A DNA stretch of 50,640 bases from Puia sp. (GTDB lineage Bacteria > Bacteroidota > Bacteroidia > Chitinophagales > Chitinophagaceae), in the NCBI GenBank assembly GCA_035308805.1, contig DATGFZ010000537.1:1-50640 (forward strand), written 5' to 3'. The stretch's first letter is position 1. Each line of letters starts with the position of its first letter. The notes below the pieces were generated by a model. It saw nothing but the letters and a program-made list of their open reading frames with translations. It did no database searches and was not told where the DNA came from. Positions 17,973 to 28,082 of the stretch are shown here, piece after piece. A program made the position numbers and the translations under genes.

Positions 17973-18977
17973 TCATGGACCAGCCGTATCATTTTTTCTT
18001 GAGATCAGGACATTTTTTTCGATGAGCTTGTTATGCCTGTATGCTTCATTTTGGGATGTTAATTCTATTTTATCCTCCTTGGTAAATGAAGTGGGAAGTA
18101 AATTGCTTAAGTCGGGCTTCCCCGCATCGACCCAGCAGGTGAACCAAAAATCCGAAACCATATTAACAGACCGAATCAATTGATCATTAATGGACCGGCC
18201 TAATTTTTTACCGTATGCTTTTGCAAATTCATTGGTGTAATTTTTAAAGAGTTTTCCATTTTTTGAAAGTGTATGAAATTTTGTTGAATCACTAAACATC
18301 TTTGAAGTTTCGGTTTCCAGGGCGAAAATATTTTTTAACAAATGATGCGCGGTTCGTATCCCATTCCAAATCGTTTCCTCAGGATTGTTGAGATAAGCCG
18401 CCTCGTGCCGGGCATACAAAATATATTGATTCAATTCGATTTGTGGTATCTGGGTTTCCCATAGTGCGTGAATGCCATTTTGTTTGCTCAACTGACCATC
18501 ATAATTCATCGTTGTATGAAGCGGAACGTTTGCGTCACTTACATAATGACATAAATCGCCGGCATAAAATAAAATACTGTCTGCGTTTCTGCCACGCATG
18601 GCATTGGTAAGATCATTCTTTTCCATGATCACTTCATAAGGAATATAACCGTACTTGATCAGGGTATCCTTAGAATAAGTTCTGACTGCATCATCCCAGT
18701 CCAAGGGCATTTTCCATTCGGAAGAATCGCCATACATTTCAAGATCAATAAAATGCTTGGGAGCCTCGGCTCTCTCTGCGTTTCGGCGAATATCTGGTTG
18801 TATGGATTCTTTTAAGAGGGGAGAAAGATTTTTAAAAAAGAATGGTTGCATTTTTTTCGGGAGTTGGTATATCGCTACCTGACAAATCGTTTGATGGACT
18901 AAATACCCCCAACTGCCCAGACTAAACAGGATACAGAATACTATTATCGTTCTGTAAATCATTTTGACGGGTCTCAT
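17973..18977 (-). CDS. S1/P1 nuclease / zinc-dependent phospholipase C family, exported
   Basis: Signal peptide, then WGYLVH, KHFID, DLCHYVSDANVPLH and IHALWE zinc-ligand motifs. Confidence 0.85.
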   Translation of the reverse strand: MRPVKMIYRTIIVFCILFSLGSWGYLVHQTICQVAIYQLPKKMQPFFFKNLSPLLKESIQPDIRRNAERAEAPKHFIDLEMYGDSSEWKMPLDWDDAVRTYSKDTLIKYGYIPYEVIMEKNDLTNAMRGRNADSILFYAGDLCHYVSDANVPLHTTMNYDGQLSKQNGIHALWETQIPQIELNQYILYARHEAAYLNNPEETIWNGIRTAHHLLKNIFALETETSKMFSDSTKFHTLSKNGKLFKNYTNEFAKAYGKKLGRSINDQLIRSVNMVSDFWFTCWVDAGKPDLSNLLPTSFTKEDKIELTSQNEAYRHNKLIEKNVLISRKNDTAGP

Positions 18978-19134
18978 GGATGAAAAATTTTCTGTAAAAC
19001 TCCGTCAAAAAATAAGAAATGGAGAAGCATTTATCAAATGATTGTGTAATGACTCAAAATGTTTATCATTCATCCCTTTTTTTAAAGGGTATCTAATTTT
19101 GTAAACTATATTTGGCAAATAAATAATTCACCTC

Positions 19135-20067
19135 ATGAATGTTCTCGAAGTAAAAAACCTGAGAAAATATTTCGCTACACAAAAAGCTGTGGATGATGTC
19201 AGTTTCGGGCTACAAAAAGGTTCTATATTCGGTTTGCTTGGACCCAATGGTGCCGGTAAAACGACACTAATAAGAATGATAACCGGAATTTTTTATCCTG
19301 ATGAAGGTGAGATTTTCTTCGAAGGGAAAAAATTTGATCCCACTAACGATGCAATGAAAATTGGCTACATGCCTGAGGAACGTGGCCTTTACAAGAAAAT
19401 GAAAATCGGAGAGCAGGCCGTTTTTTTATCGAGATTAAAGGGATTGACTAAAGACCAGGCCATTAAGAATGTAAAAGAATGGTTTATAAAATTTGAGATG
19501 CAAAGCTGGTGGAATAAAAAAATTGAAGATCTGAGTAAAGGGATGGGACAAAAACTGCAATTCGTTATTACCGTTTTGCATGAACCGAAACTCATTATCC
19601 TTGATGAGCCGTTTAGCGGACTCGATCCTGTAAATGCAAATCTTATTAAGGATGAAATTTATAATCTCGCACAAAAAGGTGCCACGATTATTTTCAGCAC
19701 ACATCGTATGGAACAGGTTGAAGAAATTTGCGATCACATTATTCTTGTCAATAAAGGGAGGAAAATTGTTGATGGCAGCGTTGCCGGCATTAAGCAACAG
19801 TTTAAAGAAAACCTTTTTGAAATAAGTTTTGATAAATCTCCTGACACTGAATCCAGCCACGCATTTGAAGTGATTGGCAAAAAGGAAAATGGCCTCATTG
19901 TTAAAATTAAAGACGGATATACATCAAATAATGTCCTCCAATTTTTCATTCAGCAAAATTCCGGTATTGTTTCATTCAGTGAACTTTTACCTTCTTTAAA
20001 TGATATCTTCATCAAAGTAGTGGAAGGGACCCCGCTTGCCAGACAATTTCAACCTGTAACTGCCTAA
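19135..20067 (+). CDS. ABC transporter ATP-binding protein (NatA/YhaQ-like)
   Basis: GPNGAGKTT, YMPEERGLY, LSKGMGQK, ILDEPFSGLDP. Confidence 0.95.
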   Translation: MNVLEVKNLRKYFATQKAVDDVSFGLQKGSIFGLLGPNGAGKTTLIRMITGIFYPDEGEIFFEGKKFDPTNDAMKIGYMPEERGLYKKMKIGEQAVFLSRLKGLTKDQAIKNVKEWFIKFEMQSWWNKKIEDLSKGMGQKLQFVITVLHEPKLIILDEPFSGLDPVNANLIKDEIYNLAQKGATIIFSTHRMEQVEEICDHIILVNKGRKIVDGSVAGIKQQFKENLFEISFDKSPDTESSHAFEVIGKKENGLIVKIKDGYTSNNVLQFFIQQNSGIVSFSELLPSLNDIFIKVVEGTPLARQFQPVTA

Positions 20068-20076
20068 AAAAAATTT

Positions 20077-21411
20077 ATGAACAAGATTCTTATTATTTTT
20101 CAAAAAGAGTATCTCACGCGCGTTCGGAATAAAACTTTTATTATTTCCACTTTTTTGTTACCGATAATTATTGCATTGTTTATTGTAGCGATTGTTTATT
20201 TTTCAGTTCATAATTCTGAAAAAAATACCATTGCAGTCAATGATGCAAGCGGAGCTTTTCTTAACAGCCTGAAAAGTGATTCATCACAGGTAACATTTGT
20301 GTACGACAATGATATTACAGCTAATAATTTTTCGCAAAAAGGGTATGCGGGCGTATTAATTATTCCAAAGCAGGGCAATATTTTGAAAGACACCATACGG
20401 CTGATCTCAGAAAAGCAATTAGGCATTACAAATGAAGAGTACATAAAAGGACAATTGGGCTCGGCGTTGCAAAAAAAATTATTCAGTGAAAAGAAATTTG
20501 ATAAAAACGCCGTTGATTCTATTCTCGCTACTTCGGTAACCGATGTCTATGAATTTAGCGCGTTCCAGCAAAAAGAAGGAAAAATGCAACAGTCGAATTT
20601 CTGGCTCGCTTATGGAATAGGTTTTACTAGTGGCATGATAATTTATATTACCATGATGATTTACGGAATGATGGTTATGCGTGGCGTGATGGAGGAAAAA
20701 ACAAATCGCATCGCGGAAGTGATGGTGAGTTCAGTAAAACCGTTTCAGATGATGATGGGAAAGATTACCGGCATCGCAGCGGTCGGACTAACCCAATTTT
20801 TAATGTGGATTGTTTTAATAATCGTGTTGTCGTCCCTCACAACTGCGTTTTTGCCCCATGATACATTGCAACAGGTGCAACATGCATCGCAAAATATGCC
20901 CAATGCAAATTCAGCCCAGAGTGGTGAAGCTATTTCAAAAATTGGTGAAATAAAACATGCGCTTTCCGGCGCCAACTGGATATTGATTGCATTTTGTTTT
21001 GTGTTTTATTTTACCGGCGGCTATCTTTTTTACTCCTCTTTGTTTGCGGCTGTCGGCAGTGTAGTTAATGAAGACGCACAGGAAGCCCAATCACTTTCAT
21101 TGCCACTCACGATGCCCATTGTTCTCTCGTTTGTCATCATGACAACGTCGATCTATGCTCCATCAAGCAACTTGTCTGTCTGGGCAAGTATCATTCCATT
21201 CAGTTCGCCAATCATCATGATGTCCCGGATTCCTTTCGGAGTTCCCGGCACGGTTCCCTGGTGGCAACTCGGTTTGTCCATGACCTTATTGGTAGCAGGA
21301 TTTTTATTCACCTCCTGGCTTGCAGCAAAAATTTATCGCACTGGTATTCTATTATACGGCAAAAAACCAACCTGGCGGGAAATGCTCAAATGGGCGTTGA
21401 GAAAAGGATGA
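20077..21411 (+). CDS. ABC-2 type permease (NatB/YhaP-like)
   Basis: VMEEKTNRIAEVMVSSVKP..MMGKI motif and multiple TM segments; in an operon with the ATPase. Confidence 0.93.
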   Translation: MNKILIIFQKEYLTRVRNKTFIISTFLLPIIIALFIVAIVYFSVHNSEKNTIAVNDASGAFLNSLKSDSSQVTFVYDNDITANNFSQKGYAGVLIIPKQGNILKDTIRLISEKQLGITNEEYIKGQLGSALQKKLFSEKKFDKNAVDSILATSVTDVYEFSAFQQKEGKMQQSNFWLAYGIGFTSGMIIYITMMIYGMMVMRGVMEEKTNRIAEVMVSSVKPFQMMMGKITGIAAVGLTQFLMWIVLIIVLSSLTTAFLPHDTLQQVQHASQNMPNANSAQSGEAISKIGEIKHALSGANWILIAFCFVFYFTGGYLFYSSLFAAVGSVVNEDAQEAQSLSLPLTMPIVLSFVIMTTSIYAPSSNLSVWASIIPFSSPIIMMSRIPFGVPGTVPWWQLGLSMTLLVAGFLFTSWLAAKIYRTGILLYGKKPTWREMLKWALRKG

Positions 21412-21716
21412 TCCGTCAACTTTCTTGATACCAGCATTGGTTTTCATCGCATTCTAGTTGCCCTGCCCATTAAATTATTCGTTTTCCTCCTGATATAAAG
21501 AAAAAAGATCAAGTCGTCAATGTTCCGAATGAGCAAGATGCTTTTTGGCGGGTCAGCGGCAAAATATATCCCTGCAGATATCATTGATTTTTCCGCAGTT
21601 TTCCCAGCAAAGATTCATTCCCGCCTGTGCGACATATATTTTACGCTGACCGGATGAAAATAATATTTTATAGACGTCCAGGATTCTCAAATTCATTTTT
21701 AATGTAAATTAATGGT

Positions 21717-23081
21717 ATGAAAAAATGTTTATCTATCCTAATTGCTTTCACTTTTATTACCAATGTCAATGCGCAAATAATCATTCAAAAGGATCCCATG
21801 ATTGAAAGAATGGTGAATGAAGTAAACGCGGACAGCTTAAAATCTTACATTGATAAATTAGTAAGCTTTGAAACACGCCACACATTAAGCACAACGATTG
21901 ATGCAAAAAAAGGAATTGGCGCAGCGCGTGCTTGGATAGTGTCTGAATTCAGAAAATTTGCAGTCAACAATAAAAACATGGCAGTTGAATTAGACAAATG
22001 GATTTTAGCGGCAGATGGGAAGCGAGTTGATGTAAACGCCGATATGGGAAATGCGATGGCTATTTTACATGGAACTGATACGTCAGATAAACGAATTTTT
22101 ATTATCAGCGGCCATATGGATAGTCGGGTTACTGATCCGTTGAACCGCGCATCAGAAGCGCCTGGCGCAAATGATGATGGCAGCGGAACTTCTGCTGTCA
22201 TTGAATGCGCGCGTATAATGAGCAAATATTCTTTTCCGGCTACAATAATTTTTGTTGCGGTATGCGGAGAGGAGCAAGGTTTATTCGGCAGTGAACATTT
22301 GGCTGAAAGAGCGAAACAAAATAATTGGGATGTCGAAGCCTTGCTTAATAACGATATTATGGGAAGTAACAACAGTAATGAAACCAATATAATAGCCAAT
22401 AACAGCGTGCGCATTTTCAGTGAAGGATTGCCAGCTTATGAATTGGATAAAAAAGCCGCATCAATCCGGCAGTACGGGTTGGAAAATGACGGTGAAAGCA
22501 GGCAACTGGCAAGATATGTAAAGGAAATCGGGGAGCGATATGTAGCCAATCTTGATGTAGTGATGATTTATCGCGCCGATCGTTTTTTGCGTGGAGGTGA
22601 TCATATCCCTTTTTTGCAAAGAGGATTTCCTGCGGTGCGCATTACTGAAATGAATGAGAATTATAATCACCAGCACCAGGACATTCGCATTGAAAAAAAA
22701 TTGCAGTATGGAGACCTTACTGAATTTTTAGATTTCGAATACTTGCGAAAAAATACGGCCCTTAACCTTTGCAACCTTGCAAACCTCGCAAAATCCCCCT
22801 CCCGGCCGCAGGAAGTAAAAATTGATGTAAAAAATCTTTCCAACTCCACTTATCTATACTGGAAACCTGTTTCGGCCGGCAAAATAAAAGGCTACTACAT
22901 ATTGATGCGTGAAACAACTTCCTCACAATGGCAAAGAAAAATATTTACCACGCAAACAGATATCCGTTTGCCCTATTCCAAGGACAATTATTTCTTCGCC
23001 GTTCAGTCTGTAAGCGAGGATGGTAACGAAAGTCTGCCGGCTGTACCTGTGCTGGGGAGGTTAATCCTATTGTTAAAATAA
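21717..23081 (+). CDS. M28 family metallopeptidase with C-terminal FN3-like domain
   Basis: Signal peptide VNA/Q; GHMDS, GANDDGSG, GEEQGL, NNDIMG, GGDH and HQH motifs. Confidence 0.9.
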   Translation: MKKCLSILIAFTFITNVNAQIIIQKDPMIERMVNEVNADSLKSYIDKLVSFETRHTLSTTIDAKKGIGAARAWIVSEFRKFAVNNKNMAVELDKWILAADGKRVDVNADMGNAMAILHGTDTSDKRIFIISGHMDSRVTDPLNRASEAPGANDDGSGTSAVIECARIMSKYSFPATIIFVAVCGEEQGLFGSEHLAERAKQNNWDVEALLNNDIMGSNNSNETNIIANNSVRIFSEGLPAYELDKKAASIRQYGLENDGESRQLARYVKEIGERYVANLDVVMIYRADRFLRGGDHIPFLQRGFPAVRITEMNENYNHQHQDIRIEKKLQYGDLTEFLDFEYLRKNTALNLCNLANLAKSPSRPQEVKIDVKNLSNSTYLYWKPVSAGKIKGYYILMRETTSSQWQRKIFTTQTDIRLPYSKDNYFFAVQSVSEDGNESLPAVPVLGRLILLLK

Positions 23082-23174
23082 AAATATTTTTTTGACAGGA
23101 TGCAACATTTTACGAACCACATCGTACTTTTATACGAATAACATCGTATATAACTAACTTCTAAAAAATCCTTT

Positions 23175-24044
23175 ATGTCAATTCACTTTAAAACAAGACA
23201 TTGGCTTTTTGCCCTGGTCCCCGTAGGCATTGCTGTTACAACCATTGCCTGGCAAAATGCGGGTAGAATAAACTCAAAAAATAACCATCAAACACAGGAT
23301 ACAGTTCCTGCAAACCCTCATCACCGTGAATTTGATGATATGCAGGATGACGGAGACCTTGATAAAGCCATGCTTAAACTGGGTGAGGCGTTAAAGCATA
23401 TCAACACCAAGATGGACGATATTGACTGGAATAAAATCCAGGAACAAATTGAGTCCTCCATGGACAAGGTTAACGAAGAAATGAAAGATCATGAATTGGA
23501 CATGGCCAAAGTGCAGCGCCAGGTTGATGATGCGATGAAAAATGTTGACTTCGAAAAAATTACCAGAGAAACGACCAGGGCTATGCGGCATCTTAATGAA
23601 TATCTTGATGCTGACAAATTAAATGAAGAAGTAGAACGCGGACTCCAGGCTGCAAAAGAACAAATGAACAGCAAAGAATTTCGCGAAAGGCTGGATGCTG
23701 CTAAAAAAATAAATTTGGATGACCTGAGAAAAGAGCTGGGAAATGTAAAAAATGAAATGGAGAAAAATAAATTGGATATAAAAGAACAAATGAATAAGGC
23801 TAAAGAAGGAATTGAAAAAGCAAAAAAACAATTAGAGGGCTATCGGCAATTAATTGATGGCCTGGAAAAAGAGGGTCTCATCGACAGCGATCAGGACTAC
23901 AGTATAAAATACAAAGACGGAGAACTCTTTGTCAACGGGAAAAAACAATCACAGGAAATAACCGACAAATTCAAGGGTTATTTTGAAGAAAATAATACCA
24001 GAATTTATAAAAAGAACGGAAGGTTTACCATTGATACAGACTAA
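23175..24044 (+). CDS. Exported coiled-coil hypothetical protein
   Basis: N-terminal hydrophobic segment, QDTVP linker, repeated D(W/F)xKI helical units, C-terminal GLID...IKYKDGELFVNGKKQ. Confidence 0.8.
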   Translation: MSIHFKTRHWLFALVPVGIAVTTIAWQNAGRINSKNNHQTQDTVPANPHHREFDDMQDDGDLDKAMLKLGEALKHINTKMDDIDWNKIQEQIESSMDKVNEEMKDHELDMAKVQRQVDDAMKNVDFEKITRETTRAMRHLNEYLDADKLNEEVERGLQAAKEQMNSKEFRERLDAAKKINLDDLRKELGNVKNEMEKNKLDIKEQMNKAKEGIEKAKKQLEGYRQLIDGLEKEGLIDSDQDYSIKYKDGELFVNGKKQSQEITDKFKGYFEENNTRIYKKNGRFTIDTD

Positions 24045-24062
24045 ACCTCTCATGTGTAGTAG

Positions 24063-24098
24063 AAAAACGGGACTGTTCTCAGCCCCGTTTTATTTTTT
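24063..24098. terminator. Bidirectional intrinsic terminator
   Basis: AAAAACGGG...CCCGTTTT-ATTTTTT between convergent genes. Confidence 0.75.
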
Positions 24099-24155
24099 CT
24101 GGCTAACAATAAACGAGGGATAGTCCTAAATAGGCCAAAATCAGATACCCAAAAC

Positions 24156-24560
24156 TTAATTCATCTCCAGCATTCTCAAAAGCGGGTATTCATTCTCATC
24201 CGGGTTTCCGGAAATATTCTCAGGTGAAAATTCGATATTTACTTTAACAGCTGCCTTTTCTTTTACGGCAACGTTCGATTTTTTATATGACTGATATCCC
24301 TTTTTTTCAAACTGAATAGTTACCTGGGCACCGCACAATTGAGTAAAACTAAAATAACCGTCAGCGTCGGTAGTCACTTCTTTTGAAACATTCAAACCGG
24401 GAATACTCGCTGAAACAACAACTCCTGAAACCGGCTTTTTTGTTATTGCGTCAGTAACATATCCATGAAGGCAAATTTCTGATTTACCATCGGTCCCTTT
24501 TGCTTGCAGACCAAATGGAACTAGTAATGCAAAAAACAAAACAATTTTGATCTTTTTCAT
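24156..24560 (-). CDS. Stand-alone carboxypeptidase-regulatory-like (CarboxypepD_reg-like) domain protein
   Basis: Signal peptide, then LHGYVTDAITKKPVSGVVV...TTDADGYFSF...FEKKGY. Confidence 0.8.
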   Translation of the reverse strand: MKKIKIVLFFALLVPFGLQAKGTDGKSEICLHGYVTDAITKKPVSGVVVSASIPGLNVSKEVTTDADGYFSFTQLCGAQVTIQFEKKGYQSYKKSNVAVKEKAAVKVNIEFSPENISGNPDENEYPLLRMLEMN

Positions 24561-24569
24561 AACGCAGTT

Positions 24570-25523
24570 TTACATTTTATGTAACGGTTGAGATAAGGAT
24601 TCTGCAAACTCCGCCCAGATTTGCTGAACAATTTTTGCAGCAGGTAAAATATCTTTAATTAAAATACTCGATTGACCAATTTCCAGTTCGCCGTCATCTA
24701 AATTCCCTTCAAACATTCCTTTTTTTGCCCGGCCTTTTCCAAGTAATTGTATGAGTTCTTCTTTCGAAGCTCCTCCAGCTTCTGCTTTCTGGATCTCTTG
24801 AAAAAATGTATTCTTTATCATGCGAACAGGAACAATCTGCTTTAATGACAACATGGTATCACCCTCTGTTGCATCTACCACGGCTTGTTTAAATTGCAAA
24901 TGCGAAGATGCTTCCTCGCTCGCCACAAACCGGCTTCCCATCTGCACGCCTTCAGCTCCCAATACCATAGTCGCAAACATCTGCCTACCTGTTGCAATTC
25001 CCCCTGCTGAAATTACCGGAATTTTTACATTATTACAAACTGCAGGTGTTAAAACTATAGTTGTCGTTTCTTCCCGTCCGTTATGACCCCCGGCCTCAAA
25101 ACCTTCAGCTACCACAGCATCACACCCGGCATCTTCGGCTTTTTTAGCAAATTTGCTGCTGCTCACAACATGGACAACGATAATTCCTCTTTCCTTTAAT
25201 ACGGTTGTCCAGGTGGCCGGGTTACCGGCTGACGTAAAAACTATTCTTATTTTTTCTTTGATGATGATGTCCAGGTGTTTTTCAACCTCTGCATACAGCA
25301 ATGGGACATTTACTCCAAATGGCTTATCCGTGGCAGCCTTGCACTTCCTGATATGTTCCAGTAGGACATCCGGTTTCATGCTTCCGCTGCCTATTAAACC
25401 CAGGGCGCCGGCATTGCTTACGGCGCTTGCGAGTTTCCAACCGCTTGCCCACACCATTCCGGCCTGGATAATTGGATAGTCCACTGCAAATAATTTGGTG
25501 ATGCGGTTTGAAAAAGGAGTCAC
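24570..25523 (-). CDS. Nitronate monooxygenase / FabK-like flavin oxidoreductase
   Basis: YPIIQAGM, AVSNAGALG, EGFEAGGH, ISAGGI, GVQMGSRF, EIGQ; GTG start. Confidence 0.9.
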   Translation of the reverse strand: MTPFSNRITKLFAVDYPIIQAGMVWASGWKLASAVSNAGALGLIGSGSMKPDVLLEHIRKCKAATDKPFGVNVPLLYAEVEKHLDIIIKEKIRIVFTSAGNPATWTTVLKERGIIVVHVVSSSKFAKKAEDAGCDAVVAEGFEAGGHNGREETTTIVLTPAVCNNVKIPVISAGGIATGRQMFATMVLGAEGVQMGSRFVASEEASSHLQFKQAVVDATEGDTMLSLKQIVPVRMIKNTFFQEIQKAEAGGASKEELIQLLGKGRAKKGMFEGNLDDGELEIGQSSILIKDILPAAKIVQQIWAEFAESLSQPLHKM

Positions 25524-25720
25524 AGAAAATTTTGATTGATGAATTTACTGTGAAAGTAGGAAAATGTGGAAATCCTGAAAGCTTAACCATTGATTTTTGA
25601 TTTATAAATTTAATCGGATCAATAAATATAGTTTTGCCACAAGCAACTAAAATTCAGGAGCTTTCGTCCTCCACATTTATGGAGGATTAGGTTTTTTAGC
25701 GACGATTAACCTTTCTGCTT

Positions 25721-26362
25721 ATGAAAATATCATTCTTGCTTCCTTTTTTTTTATGCACCTATTATTTTGCCCGACCACAATCTTCTGTAAATATTTCATC
25801 GGGAATATCCCGGGATGTTAACAATACAAGCAAATCATTTTATCATATTCCTGTGTCTTTTCAATGGAAGCCTTCTTCAAACCCACATGGAATATTTTTT
25901 TTTGAATTGGATGAAGATATTCCGTTTGTTGCAAGAGGTGCCGGTAATGCGTACACGTTAAATCCTGCGCTACCGCAGGAAATGATTTTGCAGGAAATGA
26001 TAAGGGCTTATATTTTTACAGCAAGCATTGGTTTTAGAATTCATTTATACAGTGATAAAAAGTTAAATAATATTTATATAAACTTATTGCCATTTGGTAT
26101 ATCTACCCAACATTTTAAAATTGAATATAAAAACTACGACAATAAGAACTACGAAATATTAGATCCGGATGTAAACTTAAAAAGAACGAGTGTGGTGATG
26201 TCAATGTCTGCGGTATATAATTTTCATAACCATTTAATGCTGATGTTTCATGTACAAACACCATTGTTTGCAACTACCGGGAGTTATCCCCTATCCTACA
26301 AATTTGTAGCGCCATTACAATTGACATTTGGATATAACTTCTATTACAATAAAAGAAAATGA
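25721..26362 (+). CDS. Hypothetical exported protein, possible small beta-barrel
   Basis: Signal peptide, alternating aromatic strands, C-terminal LQLTFGYNF. Confidence 0.7.
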   Translation: MKISFLLPFFLCTYYFARPQSSVNISSGISRDVNNTSKSFYHIPVSFQWKPSSNPHGIFFFELDEDIPFVARGAGNAYTLNPALPQEMILQEMIRAYIFTASIGFRIHLYSDKKLNNIYINLLPFGISTQHFKIEYKNYDNKNYEILDPDVNLKRTSVVMSMSAVYNFHNHLMLMFHVQTPLFATTGSYPLSYKFVAPLQLTFGYNFYYNKRK

Positions 26363-26957
26363 GAAAATTAATTTTTATTATTTTAAGTGTGTTGATGCTA
26401 GAATCGTTAACATGCAAAAGACAAAACTTATACTCCGACATTGATGATCCCGGATTAAGTCGATTTACTTCTTATGGATACAATACGGCTACTGAATATA
26501 TTAACGGGTCACCTTACATTAATCCTTTTTCCGTTTTTTCAGGAAACAACCTTGCTTCTGTTCAAAAAATAATCACGACGACCAGTTTGGATACGCTTTC
26601 TATATCCTGGAGATTAGGACAAATGATAGTTCCAAACCCTTTAATCCGGATTACAGAAATATTTCATTTTTAATGCCGATACCAAAATCATTCACAATAA
26701 TGGATTTTTTAGCTTTGAATGGCCAGAGGATTTCGTCGAATACAAACAAAATAGCAATTGAGGCATTTAATGATACCACCTTTGAATTGTTATCCGGAAC
26801 CGGAAATATTTACTTTGTGAAAATAAATATTGAAGATGCAACAGGTGAAAGGAAAATTGCCTTTTGCGGACTCTTCGATGGCACCATCGGAGACAGCATT
26901 CTCATCACCAAAGGACGATTCGATTTTAATATTCCCGCAACTAATTTTAATTTTTGA
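26359..26957 (+). pseudogene. Hypothetical lipoprotein split by a single-base frameshift near 26610
   Basis: Adding one G at TGG^AG joins the two ORFs: ...LSISW-EIRTNDSSKPFNPDYRNISFL-MPIPKSF... Lipobox-like SLTC. Confidence 0.7.
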
Positions 26958-27021
26958 TTTTTGAAGGTACACTCGAAGACAAAAAAACCCACCACGAAAT
27001 ATGATGAGTTTTTTAATTAGG

Positions 27022-27087
27022 CGTCATTCTGGTCCGGCCTTCCGGCGCAAGCAATCTTTATTTGCCAAATGGGGGAACAGAATGACA
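27022..27087. repeat. Palindromic REP-like element (GTCATTCTG...CAGAATGAC ends)
   Basis: Perfect 9-bp terminal inverted repeat enclosing CCGG-CCTT-CCGG and GCAA...TTGC hairpins. Confidence 0.5.
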
Positions 27088-27096
27088 AGAGCATAT

Positions 27097-27129
27097 AAAA
27101 AAAGTTCCCCGATTTCGGCGGGAAACTTT
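27097..27129 (-). terminator. Terminator of the ECF sigma gene
   Basis: AAAAAAAGTTCCCCG...CGGGAAACTTT imperfect hairpin. Confidence 0.6.
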
Positions 27130-27226
27130 CAATATTTTATCGAGTTTATTCACACACTGAAGTTAGTGGTTAATTTGTTCGGCAAAATAAAGTTTTAGTT
27201 AATAAAACTTAAAAAAAGAAAAACGC

Positions 27227-27808
27227 TTACAATGCTATTCTTTTTTCTGTCATCATTTTGCGCAAATTGATCAAACCATAACGCATCCGACCCAAGGCAG
27301 TGTTGATGCTGCAGTTTGTCAGAGACGCAATTTCCTTAAAACTAAGATCTGCATAATGACGGAGAATAATCACTTCTTTCTGGTCTTCAGGCAGCATGTC
27401 GAGCATTTGCCGAACACGGTCGTGACTTTGACGTTTCATCATTTTTACGTCAGCGCCTTCTTCTGTAAAATTAAGTACTTCGAAAATGTCGCGGTCATCG
27501 CTGGTTTTAATTGCGGGGGTGCGCTTCACTTTACGGAAATGGTCTACGCAAAGGTTGTGCGCGATACGCATAGCCCATGGTAAAAATTTTCCTTCTTCGG
27601 TGTAACGCCCGCCTCTAATGGTATCGATAACTTTGATTAATACATCCTGGAAAATATCTTCAGCGAGATATTTGTCCTTTACTAAAAACAGGATGGAAGT
27701 GAACAGCTTGTCTTTGTGCCTTAGAATCAATGCTTCTAATGCATGCAAGTCGCCGTCGCGGAACTGGTGGATTAATTCGTGATCAGTTTTTTGGCGTAGT
27801 GATTTCAT
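27227..27808 (-). CDS. RNA polymerase ECF sigma-70 factor
   Basis: AEDIFQDV (sigma2), WAMRIAHNLCVDHFRK, LPEDQKEVIILRHYADLSFKEIA...SINTALGRMRYG (sigma4). Confidence 0.95.
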   Translation of the reverse strand: MKSLRQKTDHELIHQFRDGDLHALEALILRHKDKLFTSILFLVKDKYLAEDIFQDVLIKVIDTIRGGRYTEEGKFLPWAMRIAHNLCVDHFRKVKRTPAIKTSDDRDIFEVLNFTEEGADVKMMKRQSHDRVRQMLDMLPEDQKEVIILRHYADLSFKEIASLTNCSINTALGRMRYGLINLRKMMTEKRIAL

Positions 27809-28082
27809 AAACTTCTACGGTTTTTTGAAGGTGATAGGATATTATGTCTGGATTTATAAAAAAAATTCTGGTTTTTTGGTTTTTCTGAGTAGAAGTGAGA
27901 GGTCTATAGGCGAATGAGTTTCGTTAATAAATAGTGTACAAATCGGAAATAAAGATAAATATTTTTTTTATAAAACAACATTTTAACCGAATTTTTTGTT
28001 TTTTTAGGATTAATACGTGTTTTCCCCGATGGGAAAAATACGCGTAAAACTTTGCAGATCAATTAAAAATTTCCATCATTTT

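Noticed and set aside
21412-21716. Short minus-strand ORFs in the permease-M28 gap
   Set aside because: Under 50 aa with no convincing family motif.
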